Part shown: positions 37,752 through 48,493 of the stretch, one piece after another
How positions within the stretch are numbered: position 1 is the first letter of the stretch
Layout: every line of letters starts with the position of its first letter
Source of the DNA: an uncultured delta proteobacterium
GTDB taxonomy: Bacteria; Myxococcota; Myxococcia; Myxococcales; Myxococcaceae
NCBI GenBank assembly: GCA_963713045.1
Contig: CAVQKE010000003.1
Location: 640,001-704,000 of the forward strand
DNA length: 64,000 nt
Direction: 5' to 3'
Position numbers and translations under genes: made by a program
Notes under the pieces: generated by a model
What the model was told of the DNA's origin: nothing
What the model saw: the letters and a program-made list of their open reading frames with translations, nothing else
Databases searched by the model: none

Positions 37752-38021
37752 CTACTTGCGGATACCGAGCCCGTCAATCAGCTTCTTGTAACGCGCGGAG
37801 TCCTTCTTCTTCAAATAGTCCAGAAGCCGCCGGCGCTGCCCCACCAGCTTTAACAGGCCGCGGCGGCTGTGGTGGTCCTTCTTGTGCGTCTTGAAGTGGT
37901 CGGTCAGCTGGTTGATGCGCTCGGAAATCAGCGCCACTTGGACTTCTGGGCTTCCGGTGTCTGTCTCGTGTGTCCGGTACTGTGCAACCAACTCGGCTTT
38001 CCGCTCAATCTCGACTGTCAA
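37752..38021 (-). CDS. rpsO: 30S ribosomal protein S15
   Basis: [11 protein letters not shown]...[12 protein letters not shown] start gives 89 aa. Confidence 0.96.
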   Translation of the reverse strand: MTVEIERKAELVAQYRTHETDTGSPEVQVALISERINQLTDHFKTHKKDHHSRRGLLKLVGQRRRLLDYLKKKDSARYKKLIDGLGIRK

Positions 38022-38323
38022 TTGCCAACTCCATCCCACTCCCGGGGGGTTGTGGTGGGGGGACGTCCCCGGCCCGCCCAGCTGGAGGCCCGTACGGCTT
38101 TCCCTTGGAAGGGGAAAACGGGCCCCGAGACGTCCGCGGAGGGGTGCAGACGCCGGGCCGCCCGGGCCCGGAGATTCCCCCCGGGACTGGGCGCCGGGGC
38201 TTATAGGCGCGCCACCCCGCGAATGCAATTCCTCCTCGGGAGGGCACAGGGGCCGCCTGGCAAGCCGCCCGGGGGGTGGCCGTCCCGGCAGCCGCAGCGA
38301 CGGGCTGTCGACGGCGGCAGTTT

Positions 38324-38605
38324 TCAGGAAGGTGACGTGGCCGGTTCGGCCGACGGGGCGAAGAGCCAGACGCGCGCATTCTCGCGCCGTCCCCGCCGCG
38401 TCGCCCCTTCTTCGTAGAAGAGGGTCAGCCCTTGCCGTCCCTGTCGGCGCTCCGTGGCCAGCACCCGAGCCAGCTTCGGGTACAGCGTCAACAGCGTCTG
38501 CAGCACCTCTCCCACGCCGGAGCCAGCCGGCACCCCCAGCTCCACCCGCCGCTTGCCCTCCACGGCCGCGCGCAGGCTGCTGGGGATGAGGACGGTGACA
38601 TTCAC
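38324..38605 (-). CDS. MoaD/ThiS-like beta-grasp protein lacking C-terminal GG
   Basis: [10 protein letters not shown]...VGEVLQTL...YPKL; overlaps the truB stop. Confidence 0.55.
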   Translation of the reverse strand: MNVTVLIPSSLRAAVEGKRRVELGVPAGSGVGEVLQTLLTLYPKLARVLATERRQGRQGLTLFYEEGATRRGRRENARVWLFAPSAEPATSPS

Positions 38606-39489
38606 GTTTGGGCCAGCACGCGGACGTAGACCAGACGGCCGCCGCGGACCTCGGCCACCGCCAACAGAGTGCCGTCTGGGCCGAGCACCCGCAACCGCCC
38701 CCGGGTTTCCACGTGGACTGGCAGGGGCAGGCCGTGCGCGACTTTGGCAGCGTCAGCGGCGCTCACCGGAAAGACGGGCAGCGCTGGCAGCATGTCGGCC
38801 GGAGACACCAGCCGCGCCTGGATGGCCTGTGGGCCTTCTCCGTCTTGGACCAGAGCCTGCAGCCTTTCCAGGGAAAGGGCGCCTTCCAAGCCGAAGGGGC
38901 CGCTCGCCGTGCGGCGCAGGGCCTTGAGGCAGCCTCCACAGCCGAGCGCCTGGCCGAGCTCCTCAGCCAGCACCCGGACGAAAAACCCCTTGCTGCAGCG
39001 CACCGACAAGGTGACGTCGGTGGCGGAGAAGTCCCGCAGCAGCAGGGCGTGGACGGTGACCGGCCGGGCCGAACGCTCCACTTCCTGGCCCGCCCGCGCC
39101 AACTCATGCAGCCGGCGTCCGGCCACCTTCACCGCCGACACCATGGGCGGCGTCTGCAGAAAGCTGCCCCGAAAGCGCTCGAGGGCCGCCTCCAGCCGAG
39201 CCTCGGACAGCGGCGGCACCGGGGCCGTCCGCAGCACCGTTCCGGTGATGTCCAGGGTGGACGTCTGAAGGCCCAAGCGCACCACTGCGTCGTAGGACTT
39301 CTCAAAGTCCGACAGCAGTCCGGCCAGCTTGGTGGCCTCGCCCAAGGCCACCGGCAGCACACCAGTCGCCATCGGGTCGAGCGTCCCGGTATGCCCGGCC
39401 TTGCGCGCACCGGTGAGGGCCCGGACCCGTCGCACCACGTCGAATGAAGTCGGGCCCGAGTGCTTGTCGATGACGAGAAGGCCGTCCAT
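38602..39489 (-). CDS. truB: tRNA pseudouridine 55 synthase
   Basis: [22 protein letters not shown] and CSKG motifs. Confidence 0.95.
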   Translation of the reverse strand: MDGLLVIDKHSGPTSFDVVRRVRALTGARKAGHTGTLDPMATGVLPVALGEATKLAGLLSDFEKSYDAVVRLGLQTSTLDITGTVLRTAPVPPLSEARLEAALERFRGSFLQTPPMVSAVKVAGRRLHELARAGQEVERSARPVTVHALLLRDFSATDVTLSVRCSKGFFVRVLAEELGQALGCGGCLKALRRTASGPFGLEGALSLERLQALVQDGEGPQAIQARLVSPADMLPALPVFPVSAADAAKVAHGLPLPVHVETRGRLRVLGPDGTLLAVAEVRGGRLVYVRVLAQT

Positions 39490-39522
39490 GAGGCTGCCGA
39501 AGCTTAACGCCCCGGCCGACGC

Positions 39523-39882
39523 TCACCAGCCTTCCTTGGCCTTCACCTCGCGCAGCAGGCGGTCAATCTTGTCGCCCTCCTGCACCGAGCCGTCGAAGAC
39601 GAAGAAGACTTCTGGCGAGACGCGCAGCTTCACCCGCGCCGTCACCTCCCGGCGGACGAAGCCCTTGGCAGCGTCCAGCCCGGCTTGCGTCTCCCGGTGC
39701 GCCGCGTCGTCGCCAAGACTCGACCAGTAGACGCGCGCCACGCGCAGGTCCGGAGACACCTTCACCCCGGTGATGGTGATGAAGCCGATGCGCGGGTCAC
39801 GCAGCGCGCCGCGGCCAAGCAAGTCGGCCACCGCGGCCTGAATCTCTGCCCCCACCCGCTCGGGCCGCGCTGGCGTGCTCAG
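39523..39882 (-). CDS. rbfA: ribosome-binding factor A
   Basis: RPERV...[20 protein letters not shown]; apparent CTG start overlapping the upstream stop. Confidence 0.92.
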   Translation of the reverse strand: MSTPARPERVGAEIQAAVADLLGRGALRDPRIGFITITGVKVSPDLRVARVYWSSLGDDAAHRETQAGLDAAKGFVRREVTARVKLRVSPEVFFVFDGSVQEGDKIDRLLREVKAKEGW

Positions 39883-40400
39883 GGCTTCTCCCAATCGCGG
39901 CGGTTGCGGAGGGCCCGCGCCCGCCCCCGGGCCTCGGCCACCGACAGGTCTCCGCTGGTCCGCTGCCCGGCCCGGCGGACGAGGGGCTCGTCCGGTCGCC
40001 GCTCCCAAGCGGCCATGCCCTCAGCCTCGGCCAGGCTTCGGTCCTCGCGGGCGAAGGGAAGCTCGAGGGTGCCTGGGTCGGTGCCCGGGACTGGGGCCGC
40101 GAACAGCTGCTCCCCAAAGGCCAAAATCTCTCGCTCCCGGGTAAGAAGCGGTGCGAGGTACATCTCCTCGACGAAATGCAGCAGCTTCTCCAGCTGCTCA
40201 TCGACGTGGCGCCGGTCATTTCCCACCACCGCAAAGGCGATGGTGGCCCGCTGCCAGAGGTCCTGGTCCTCCACCTCCGCCACCGAGGCGTTGAAGCGCG
40301 CCTTGACGCGGTCGGTAATGCGGCGGAGCACCTGGCGCTTGGACTTGAGCGACCCAGAGTCCGCGATTTGAAGCGCGCAGCGAGCGACACCGACAAACAT
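39879..40400 (-). CDS. DUF503 (YlxP-like) protein with C-terminal extension
   Basis: SLKSKR...FNASVAEV...DLWQRA; located between infB and rbfA. Confidence 0.85.
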   Translation of the reverse strand: MFVGVARCALQIADSGSLKSKRQVLRRITDRVKARFNASVAEVEDQDLWQRATIAFAVVGNDRRHVDEQLEKLLHFVEEMYLAPLLTREREILAFGEQLFAAPVPGTDPGTLELPFAREDRSLAEAEGMAAWERRPDEPLVRRAGQRTSGDLSVAEARGRARALRNRRDWEKP

Positions 40401-40456
40401 CTGGACTGCTGCTCCTTGTCGAAGAGGCACCGCCCGGCAGGGCCTGGAGGAGAAGC

Positions 40457-43374
40457 CTACTCCAGGCTGGGCCGCGTCTCCTCGACCTCGAAGGCCTCGA
40501 TGATGTCGAGCGGCTTGAAGTCCTGCCAGCCCTCGACGCCGATGCCACACTCGAAGCCCTGCGCGACCTCGCGCACGTCGTCCTTGAAGCGCTTGAGGCT
40601 GGCCACCTTCCCGGTGCCGATGGCCTTGCCGTCGCGGAAGATGCGCACCTGGCTGGTGCGGCGGATGACGCCCTCCAGCACCGAGCAGCCGGCGATGGTG
40701 CCCAGCTTGGGCACGTTGAAGAGGTTGCGGACTTCGGCCCGCCCCAGCTTCTTCTCGGTGCGGATGGGCTCGAGCAGCCCTTCCATCGCCTTGCGCACCC
40801 CGTCAATCAATTCATAGATGATGGAGTAGGTGTCGATGGCCACGCCCTGGGCCTTGGCCGCCGCCTCGGAGCCGGACTCGGGCTTCACGTTGAAGCCCAG
40901 CACCGTGCCCTTGCTGGCCGCCGCCAGCATGACGTCGGATTCGGTCATCGCCCCGACGCCCTTGTGAATAATCTCCACCTTCACCTTGGGAGTGGACAGC
41001 TTGGTGAGGGCCTGGGCCACCGCCTCCACCGAGCCTTGGACGTCGCCTTTGATGACGACGCGCAACTCCTTGGCCTCCCCTTCCTTCGTCCTCTCGTAGC
41101 AGCGACTCGAGCGAGTCCTTGGATGTCTTGCCGAGGTCCGCCTGGCGCTCCTTGGTAATGCGGTGGTCGGCAATCTCCTTGGCTGCCTTCTCATCCTCGA
41201 CGCCGTTGATGGTGTCGCCGGCGGTGGGGACGCCGGATAGGCCCACCACCTCGGCCGAGTAGCCGGCCAGGACTTCCTTCACCGGCTTGCCGCGGCCGTC
41301 GAGCATGGCCCGCACCCGGCCGTAGTGGGTGCCGGTGACGACGGCGTCCCCGTTGCGCAGCGTGCCCTCCTGGACGAGGACGGTGGCCACTGGGCCCCGG
41401 CCCTTCTCCAGCTTGGCCTCAATCACCGTGCCCAGCGCCGGTCGGTTGGGGTTGGCGGTCAGCTCCAGCACCTCGGCCTGCAGCAAAATGTTTTCGAGCA
41501 GCAAGTCCACGCCGGCCTTGGTGCGCGCGGACACCGGCACCACAATGGTGTCCCCGCCCCACTCCTCGGGCACCAACTCGAGGGCCGCCAAGTCCTTCTT
41601 CACCCGCTCTGGATTGGCAGCCGGCAAGTCCATCTTGTTGATGGCCACCACCAGCGGCACCTTGGCCGCCTTGGCGTGGCTGACCGCCTCCTGTGTCTGG
41701 GGCATGACGCCGTCATCGGCGGCCACCACCAAGACCACCAAGTCCGTGACGGTGGCGCCTCGGGCCCGCATCGACGTGAAGGCCTCATGGCCTGGGGTGT
41801 CGAGGAAGGTGATGTCGCCCTTCGGTGTGGCGACGGTGTAGGCCCCAATGTGCTGGGTAATGCCCCCCGCCTCGCCCTCGGCCACGTGGGCGGAGCGGAT
41901 GGCGTCCAGAAGCGACGTCTTCCCGTGGTCGACGTGGCCCATGACGGTGACCACCGGCGGACGGGGCCGCTCGTCCTCGGGACGCTCCGCCACTTCGGGG
42001 AGGTAGTCCTCCACCTCGAAGCCCACCTTTTCGACTTTCCAGCCGTAGTCGGTGGCGATGATGGCGGCCGTCTCCATGTCCACCATCTGGTTGGCGGTGG
42101 CCAGGGTCCCGCCAGCCATCAGCTTCTTAATAATTTCCGCCGTCTTGACGCCCATCGTCTGGGACAAGTCCGAGACGCTGATGGCCTCTTGGATGCGGAT
42201 GACCTTCTTCTCGCCGGACATCTCGGTAATTTGCGTCTTCTGCCCCTTCTTGGTGGGCTTTCTCTTCTTGCCGCGCACCGGGATGGTGACACGCCCCCAA
42301 ATGAGGTTGTCCATCTCCTGCTTGGTGATGCCACCTTCCTTTTCGGTGGTGCGCTTCTTCCCCCGCTCCTGTTCCTTCTTCTTGGTGACGTCGATGAGCT
42401 CGCGGCCGCGGCCCAGCCCGTCGGGCACCACCTTAAACTCGCGCACCTCGCCAATGGCCTTCTTGCCGGGGGCCATGGGGATGTTTTTGTGGGCGGTGGA
42501 GGAGGGTGTCACCCGGCGCACCGCAATCAGTGGACGGCTGATGACGACCGCCTGGGTGGCCGTTGGGCGCATCGGCCGGGCCTCGCCGGGGGCGCCGGTG
42601 GGCGCAGCGCTGGCCCCGGGTGCCGCGCCGGCACGCGGGCCGCCGACGCCCGGACGGTGGGTGACGGTTTGCCCCATGCCGGTGGAACGCGCCTGGGGCG
42701 ACAGCCCGGGGCCACCGGTCCGGGACTGCGGGCCGCCCGAGGTACCGGCCCGGGCCGCGGGGGATGCCGGGCCGGTGCGCGCGCCTTGCGACGGCGGACG
42801 GGAGATGATTTGGGCCGCCCGGAAGCCAGCGCTCGCCGGCCGCTGTGCTGGAGGCGCTGCGGACGGGGGAGTCGAAGCCGCTTGCGCCGCGGCCGGCGTC
42901 GCCGCGGGGGCTTCGCGCGGCTGGGGCGACCGGCGCCGCTGCGGCCGGCGGCGGCGGCGCGGGTGCCTCCACCGGCGCGGCTTTCACCGCGGGGGAGGCC
43001 TCGGCCACCACTTCCGCGGCAACCTCCTGGGCGGGCGGCGGCGCGGGCGTCTCCACCGCTGCTGCCGGGGTGTGGGCTTCAGCGGCTTCGGCCGGCGCGG
43101 CCGTGCCATTGGGGCCCGGATGCACCTCGGGCCCAGGGCCACGACGGCGCACCACGAAGCCCTTGGCCGCCACCGGCGCGGGCGCCGCGCGCGGCCGGCG
43201 CTTCTCGACAATGCGCTGCACCGCCGCGGTGGCCTGGTCGTCCTCGAGCGAGCTGGAGTGGCTCTTGACGTCGTAGCCGAGCGACGTCAACTCGGTGACG
43301 ACCTCGCGGTTGTCCAACTCGATGCCAAAGGACTTGAGCTCTCTGGCGATTTCGTGAACGCGCTTCTTCGACAT
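40457..43374 (-). CDS. infB: translation initiation factor IF-2 (two apparent frameshifts, ~42917 and ~41097)
   Basis: MSKKRVHE N-terminus; [21 protein letters not shown]-terminal [12 protein letters not shown]. Confidence 0.95.
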
Positions 43375-43426
43375 AGGCCCCTTGCTGGCTTCTTCTAACC
43401 CACTCGTCGCTTCTCGGCCCAGACCT

Positions 43427-43697
43427 TCAGGACGTTGCCACCACAGAGGCCTCCAGTACGGAGACGTCCACGGCGCGCATCCGGCCGCGAAAAGCCCGCG
43501 CCAGCGCCTTTCGCTGCACCGCCGCTCGCAAGCAACCCGCCCCACACAGGTAGGCGCCGCGACCGGTCCCGGTCCTCGTCTTGTCCCAGGCGGGGGTGCC
43601 TTCACTCGACAGGCACAGCCGCTGGAGGTGCTGCTGGCCGGCGCTTGGCCCCACACCCGATGCAGGTGCGCTCCGCAGGGTGTTGTCTCGGAGTCAC
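43427..43697 (-). CDS. ylxR: YlxR/DUF448 family protein (apparent frameshift ~43640)
   Basis: ERTCIGCG in one frame and GRGAYLC...LARAF in another; between nusA and infB. Confidence 0.8.
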
Positions 43698-43767
43698 CTT
43701 GGCAGTCCTTGCCCCTTTTGTGACACGGCACCCTGAGGGGACGTTCCCCCCGGGCCCGCGCGGGCGC

Positions 43768-45474
43768 CTAGGCCTCCTCTCCGCTGGGGGTGGTGGGGAT
43801 GGGGGCTGCGGCCAGCGTGGCACGCTCGGCGTCGAGCTCCGTCCGTAGCCGGGCCTCCTCGAGGAGGTAGGACTCCGCGGCGCTCTTCAGCTGCCGCGCC
43901 TTTTTGATGCCCACGCCGGGCACATCCCCCAGTTTGGCGAGGTCCTTTTCGTTGGCCACGTCCTCCACCGTCTTGTAGCCACTCAGCACCAGCGCCTCGA
44001 TGGTCTTCTCACTCATCCCCCGCACCCGGGCCAGTCGCTCGGCCTGGGTCAGCTCATCCGGGTGACGGCGGGCCTCGAAGAGGCGCTGCTGCTCGCGCTC
44101 GTATTCCATGCGGCTGAGTTCCGCCGCGTCGTCCACCATTTGCTTGCTCGCCTGCTCCTGCATGGCCGGGATGCGCGCCGGGTCCACCCCAGGAATTTGG
44201 GCCAGCACCTCGGGGGCCGCCTCGGCGACGTCCTTGGCCTGGCGAAAGCCGTGGGCATAGAGGGTTTCAATCAACATCTCATTGACGCCCGGGAGGACTC
44301 CCAGCGAGCGGTTGGCGAACTCGCGCATCTCCCGCACCCGGCTCTCGCTGTTGATGTCCAGCTTCCAGCCGGTGAGTTGCGCGGCCAGCCGGACATTTTG
44401 CCCCCGCCGGCCGATGGCCAGGCTGAGCTGGTCGTCCGGCACAATCAACTCCATGGCGTGGTTGGCCTCGTCAATGATGACGCGCGACACCTCGGCCGGG
44501 GCCAGCGCCGAGCAGACGAAACGGGCCGGGTCCTCGTCCCAGGGGACGATGTCGATTTTCTCCCCGCGCAGCTCCTGCACCACCGCCTGCACCCGGCTGC
44601 CCTTCATCCCGACGCAGGCCCCCACCGGGTCGACGTCGGCATCCCGGCTGACTGACGGCAATTTTCGCCCGGCCACCAGGCTCCCGTGCGGCGGCCTCGA
44701 TGACGACGATGCCCTCGGCAATCTCCGGGACTTCCATCTCAAACAGTTTGGTGAGCAGGTTGACGGAGGCCCGACTCAAAAGATAATCTGCGGGCCCTTG
44801 GACTCACGCAGCACGTCCAGGACGAAGGCCTGGACGCGGTCACCGGCCCGGTAGGTTTCCCGCGGCACCTGCTCGCGGACCGGAAGCACCGCCTCGGCAC
44901 GTCCCAAGTCCACGATGATGTTGCCTCGCTCGAAGCGCCGGGCGATGCCAGTGACAATCTCGTTCTTGCGGTCCTTGTATTCGTTGTAGACGTTTTCCCG
45001 CTCCGCATCGCGGGTGCGCTGGAGGATGACTTGCTTGGCGGTTTGCGCGGCGATGCGGCCGAAGCCCCGCCGGAACGTCTTCAGCCGTAAAATGTCGCCG
45101 TACTGGTCGTCCTGGGCCTTGGCCTCGGCGGCGTCCTCGTCCCGGTAGAAAATCTGGAAGACCAACTCATCCCCGGGCTCCACCTCCATCCCCTTCTTGC
45201 GGGCCTCGTCCATCGACAGCTGGTTGACGCCCTGGGCCGGGTCGGTAATTTCCTCGACCACCGTCACTGCCTGGAAGAGCTCCACCACGCCCTTGTCCAA
45301 TTCATACTTGGCCTCGAGGTTGCGGTCCTGTCCGAAGTGCTTTTTGGCGGCGGTCTGCATGGCATCTTCCAGCGTCGCCACCAGGACGCTTTTCTCGATG
45401 CCCTTGTCCTTGGCCACCTGCTCCAGGATGAGGTTGAGATTCACCACCGGGGTGGCTGCCGCTGTCGTCGCCAT
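43768..45474 (-). CDS. nusA: transcription factor NusA (apparent frameshifts ~44775 and ~44650)
   Basis: [26 protein letters not shown] and [12 protein letters not shown] motifs; C-terminal HhH repeats. Confidence 0.95.
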
Positions 45475-45487
45475 GGCTGTTTCGTCC

Positions 45488-45994
45488 CTAGAAGTCGAAC
45501 TCCAGATTCGCCTTCGCAATGTCCCGGAACGGGATGCGGAAGGCGGGGCCACCTTCGACGTGGACGGTCACTCCCTCGTCGGCCACGTCCTGCAGTGTCC
45601 CGGTAAAGCTCTTGCGTCCCGGCGTGCCTACCGGCCCAAACGTCTTCACCTTGACGCGCTTGCCGAGGACGCGCCGGAAGTGGTCCGGCTTGCGCAGCGG
45701 CCGGTTGATGCCGGGGCTACTCACCTCCAGGCTGTAGGCCTGCCCAATGACGTCCTCCACCTCCAGCGACGTCTCGACCGCGTGGCTGACGCGGGCGCAT
45801 TCCTCCAGGCCCACGCCGCCTTCCTTGGCCAAGGGGTCCCGCCCCGGGGTGTCAATGTAGAGGCGGAGCACCCAGCCCTGGGGCTCCCGCAGCCACTCGA
45901 CGTCCACCAATTCGAAGCCCTCGGCCTGCACCAAGGGCTCCGCCACGCGCGCCGCGCGCTCGGCCACCGACGCCTTGTGGAGTACTTCGGCCAT
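45488..45994 (-). CDS. rimP: ribosome maturation factor RimP
   Basis: LRLYID...YSLEVSSPGINRPL. Confidence 0.95.
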   Translation of the reverse strand: MAEVLHKASVAERAARVAEPLVQAEGFELVDVEWLREPQGWVLRLYIDTPGRDPLAKEGGVGLEECARVSHAVETSLEVEDVIGQAYSLEVSSPGINRPLRKPDHFRRVLGKRVKVKTFGPVGTPGRKSFTGTLQDVADEGVTVHVEGGPAFRIPFRDIAKANLEFDF

Positions 45995-46015
45995 GGCAGG
46001 AGGGGTCCAGAAACG

Positions 46016-46043
46016 AAAAAAGCGGGCACGAAGGCCCACTTTT
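46016..46043 (-). promoter_or_regulatory. rimP leader hairpin (terminator-like)
   Basis: AAAAGTGGGC-CTTCGT-GCCCGCTTTTTT just upstream of rimP. Confidence 0.65.
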
Positions 46044-46229
46044 CGAGGGTGTAACCCAAAAAATGTGGACGCTCTCGGTACCACAGCCCTCCTGCGGGTG
46101 TAAAGGCGGGGAGCAGGCTGCCTCCCGTCCCGTGGGTGGCCCATCCCCAGCACAATAACGCTCTGCGTCAGATGCAGGGGAGCTGCATTCGGCGGCCTCG
46201 CCGTGGGCCATGGCATGGTGGACGACGGC

Positions 46230-47039
46230 ATGAAAAGCATGTCCCGCTTGGCGGCCGTTCAAATGGCGTCCGGGGCCGACAAGGCCCAAAACCTGGCCAC
46301 CGCCGAAGGCCTGGTTCGCGAAGCCGCCCAGCGCGGCGCGGTGCTGGTGGGCTTACCGGAAAACGTCGCGTGGATGGGGCCAGAGGCCGAGCGCGCCCAA
46401 GCCGCCGAGCCCCTGGACGGGCCCACGCTGCAGCGCTTTTCCGCGCTGGCCCGCGCCTGCGCCATCCACCTGTTGGCCGGCAGCGTCCTGGAATCCGGCG
46501 CGCCCGGCGGGCGCTTCTACAACACCAGCGTCCTCTTCGGCCCCAGCGGCGAGCGCCTGGCGGTCTACCGCAAGCTTCACCTCTTCGACGTGGAGGTGGG
46601 TGACGGACAGACGTACCGCGAGTCCGCCGCCGTCGCGCCGGGCGAGGACGTCGTTTCTGCCCAGACGCCGCTCGGACGGCTGGGCCTCTCCATTTGCTAC
46701 GACTTGCGCTTCCCGGAGTTGTACCGGGCCCTCTCCGCCCAGGGCGCGGTGCTGCTGTGCGTCCCCAGTGCCTTCACGTTGATGACCGGCAAGGACCACT
46801 GGGAGGTGCTGCTGCGGGCGCGGGCCGTCGAAAACCAGGCCTACGTCCTGGCACCGGCGCAAGGCGGCCGGCACCCTGGCGAGCGCCTCAGCTACGGGCA
46901 CGCGCTGGTGGTCGACCCCTGGGGGACGGTGGTGGCGTGTGCTTCGGAGGGTGAAGGGCTGGCCGTGGCGGACATGGACCGGGCACTCCTCGAGCGCATT
47001 CGGGCGCGGCTTCCGGCGCTGAAACATCGGCGGCTGTAG
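46230..47039 (+). CDS. carbon-nitrogen hydrolase (Nit1-like amidase)
   Basis: LPEN, YRKLHLFD and ICYDLRFPE (E-K-C triad). Confidence 0.92.
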   Translation: MKSMSRLAAVQMASGADKAQNLATAEGLVREAAQRGAVLVGLPENVAWMGPEAERAQAAEPLDGPTLQRFSALARACAIHLLAGSVLESGAPGGRFYNTSVLFGPSGERLAVYRKLHLFDVEVGDGQTYRESAAVAPGEDVVSAQTPLGRLGLSICYDLRFPELYRALSAQGAVLLCVPSAFTLMTGKDHWEVLLRARAVENQAYVLAPAQGGRHPGERLSYGHALVVDPWGTVVACASEGEGLAVADMDRALLERIRARLPALKHRRL

Positions 47040-47151
47040 TCGCTCGGGTGCACCCACAAAGTGCGCAAAAGCGGCCCTGCCTGGACCCTCTGCTAGACTT
47101 CTGTGTCCGCTTTCTCCGGACAGCCGGCCCCTGCACCCGTCGGGACGACAA

Positions 47152-47592
47152 ATGGCACTGTGCCTCACGCTGCTCGCGGCGGGCGACGCCTGTCGCAAGT
47201 CCCCAGCCAGCGGGCCGCTGGACGCCGCTTCGCCGCCGTTGGCCCGGGCCACGTTGAGTCAGCTGAAGGGGACGGTGTCTGTGAAACGCGCCGCGGCGGA
47301 TGACTGGACGGCTGCCAGCGAGGGCATGGCCCTGTTGGAGAATGACACCGTCCAAACCGGAGCCCGCGCCTCGGCCCTGGTGCGCTTCCCCAACGGCTCC
47401 TCCGTGCTGGTGGGAGAGGAGGCCCTGATTGGCATCGCCGAGACGGGGGGCGCCCCCGGCCGCGACCGGACGGACGTCACCGTCAAGCGAGGCACGGTGG
47501 ATGCCACCTTGCAAACGCCCGCCACCCAGGACTTGAGCGTCGGCACGCCGGCGGCGACGGTGCGTGGCGGGCGGGAGATAGTCTTCCAATGA
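47152..47592 (+). CDS. FecR-domain exported protein
   Basis: GTVSVKR...W...G..L..NDTVQTG...A.VRFPNGS...TPAATVR. Confidence 0.75.
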   Translation: MALCLTLLAAGDACRKSPASGPLDAASPPLARATLSQLKGTVSVKRAAADDWTAASEGMALLENDTVQTGARASALVRFPNGSSVLVGEEALIGIAETGGAPGRDRTDVTVKRGTVDATLQTPATQDLSVGTPAATVRGGREIVFQ

Positions 47593-48493
47593 GGCCGGTG
47601 CTGCTGGCCCTTGTCTGCTTGGCCACCCCGTCCGCCCGGGAGACGGTGGTGCAGCCCAAGAGAGACGCTGGCCGACGTCGCATTGCGCACCCTCGGGACG
47701 GCCAGGGCGGCCGGAGAACTTGCGGGCCATCAACCACCTCGACTCGGACGCCGTCGTCGCCGGCACCCAGCTGCTGCTTCCCGGGCCGGAGCGCGACCTC
47801 GCGCTGTCCGCCATTGCCTCGGCCAAGAGTGCCGTGCACCAGGCCAAGGCGGGCGCCGCGCGCAACGAGGCTTCGGAGCGCACCGCTGAGGCCGAGCGGC
47901 TTCTGTCCGCTGGCCGCTACGGCGAAGCCGCGGCCGAGGCCGACAGCGCCTGGAAGCTGCTCTCCCAGCGCGCGGAGGACCCCTCCCGCTTCGCCGTCCA
48001 GGTGGCGCCGGACGGGACGACGCGGGTGCACGTCGACTCGGGCATTGCGGTGCGGGTTGAGTCCGAGGGACGGACGCGGGCGGTGAGTGCCGGGGAGACG
48101 GTGCTGGTGCACAAGGGGGAACCGCCGGGCATTCCCACCGGGCAACTGCAGGCGCCCACCGCCGGCGGCCTCGACGCGCCGCAGCTTCTCGCCCCGACCA
48201 ACGGCCTGCGGCTGGTTCTGGACTCCAAGGGCAAGGGCGTGGGGCCGCTGCGGCTCACCTGGCGCGCGGTGTCCGGTGCGCGCGGCTACCTGGTGGAGCT
48301 GGAGGGGCCTTCCGCGCAGACGCTGCGCACCAGCCGAGCGGAGGCCACCTTCCAGAGTCTCCGCACCGGAAGCTACCGGTGGAGGGTGCGCGCCCTGGGC
48401 GTCGAGGGAGAGCTCGGGCCCAGTTCCGAACGCTCCCTGGAGCTGTCGACCGGCAACATCAAACTTGAAGTGCAGACACCGGACTGGAAGTGA
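47589..48493 (+). CDS. LysM and FN3-like domain exported protein (apparent frameshifts near the 5' end, ~47640-47725)
   Basis: ETLADVALRTLG and AINHL...GTQLLLP LysM halves in different frames; LTWRAVSGARGY...YRWRVRA. Confidence 0.7.

Noticed and set aside
40457..47730. Programmed frameshifting or pseudogenisation of infB, ylxR, nusA and the LysM gene
   Set aside because: Several small indels fall in essential genes without clear slippery motifs, so long-read sequencing error is far more likely. This also weakens frameshift-based pseudogene calls elsewhere. Read polishing would settle it.
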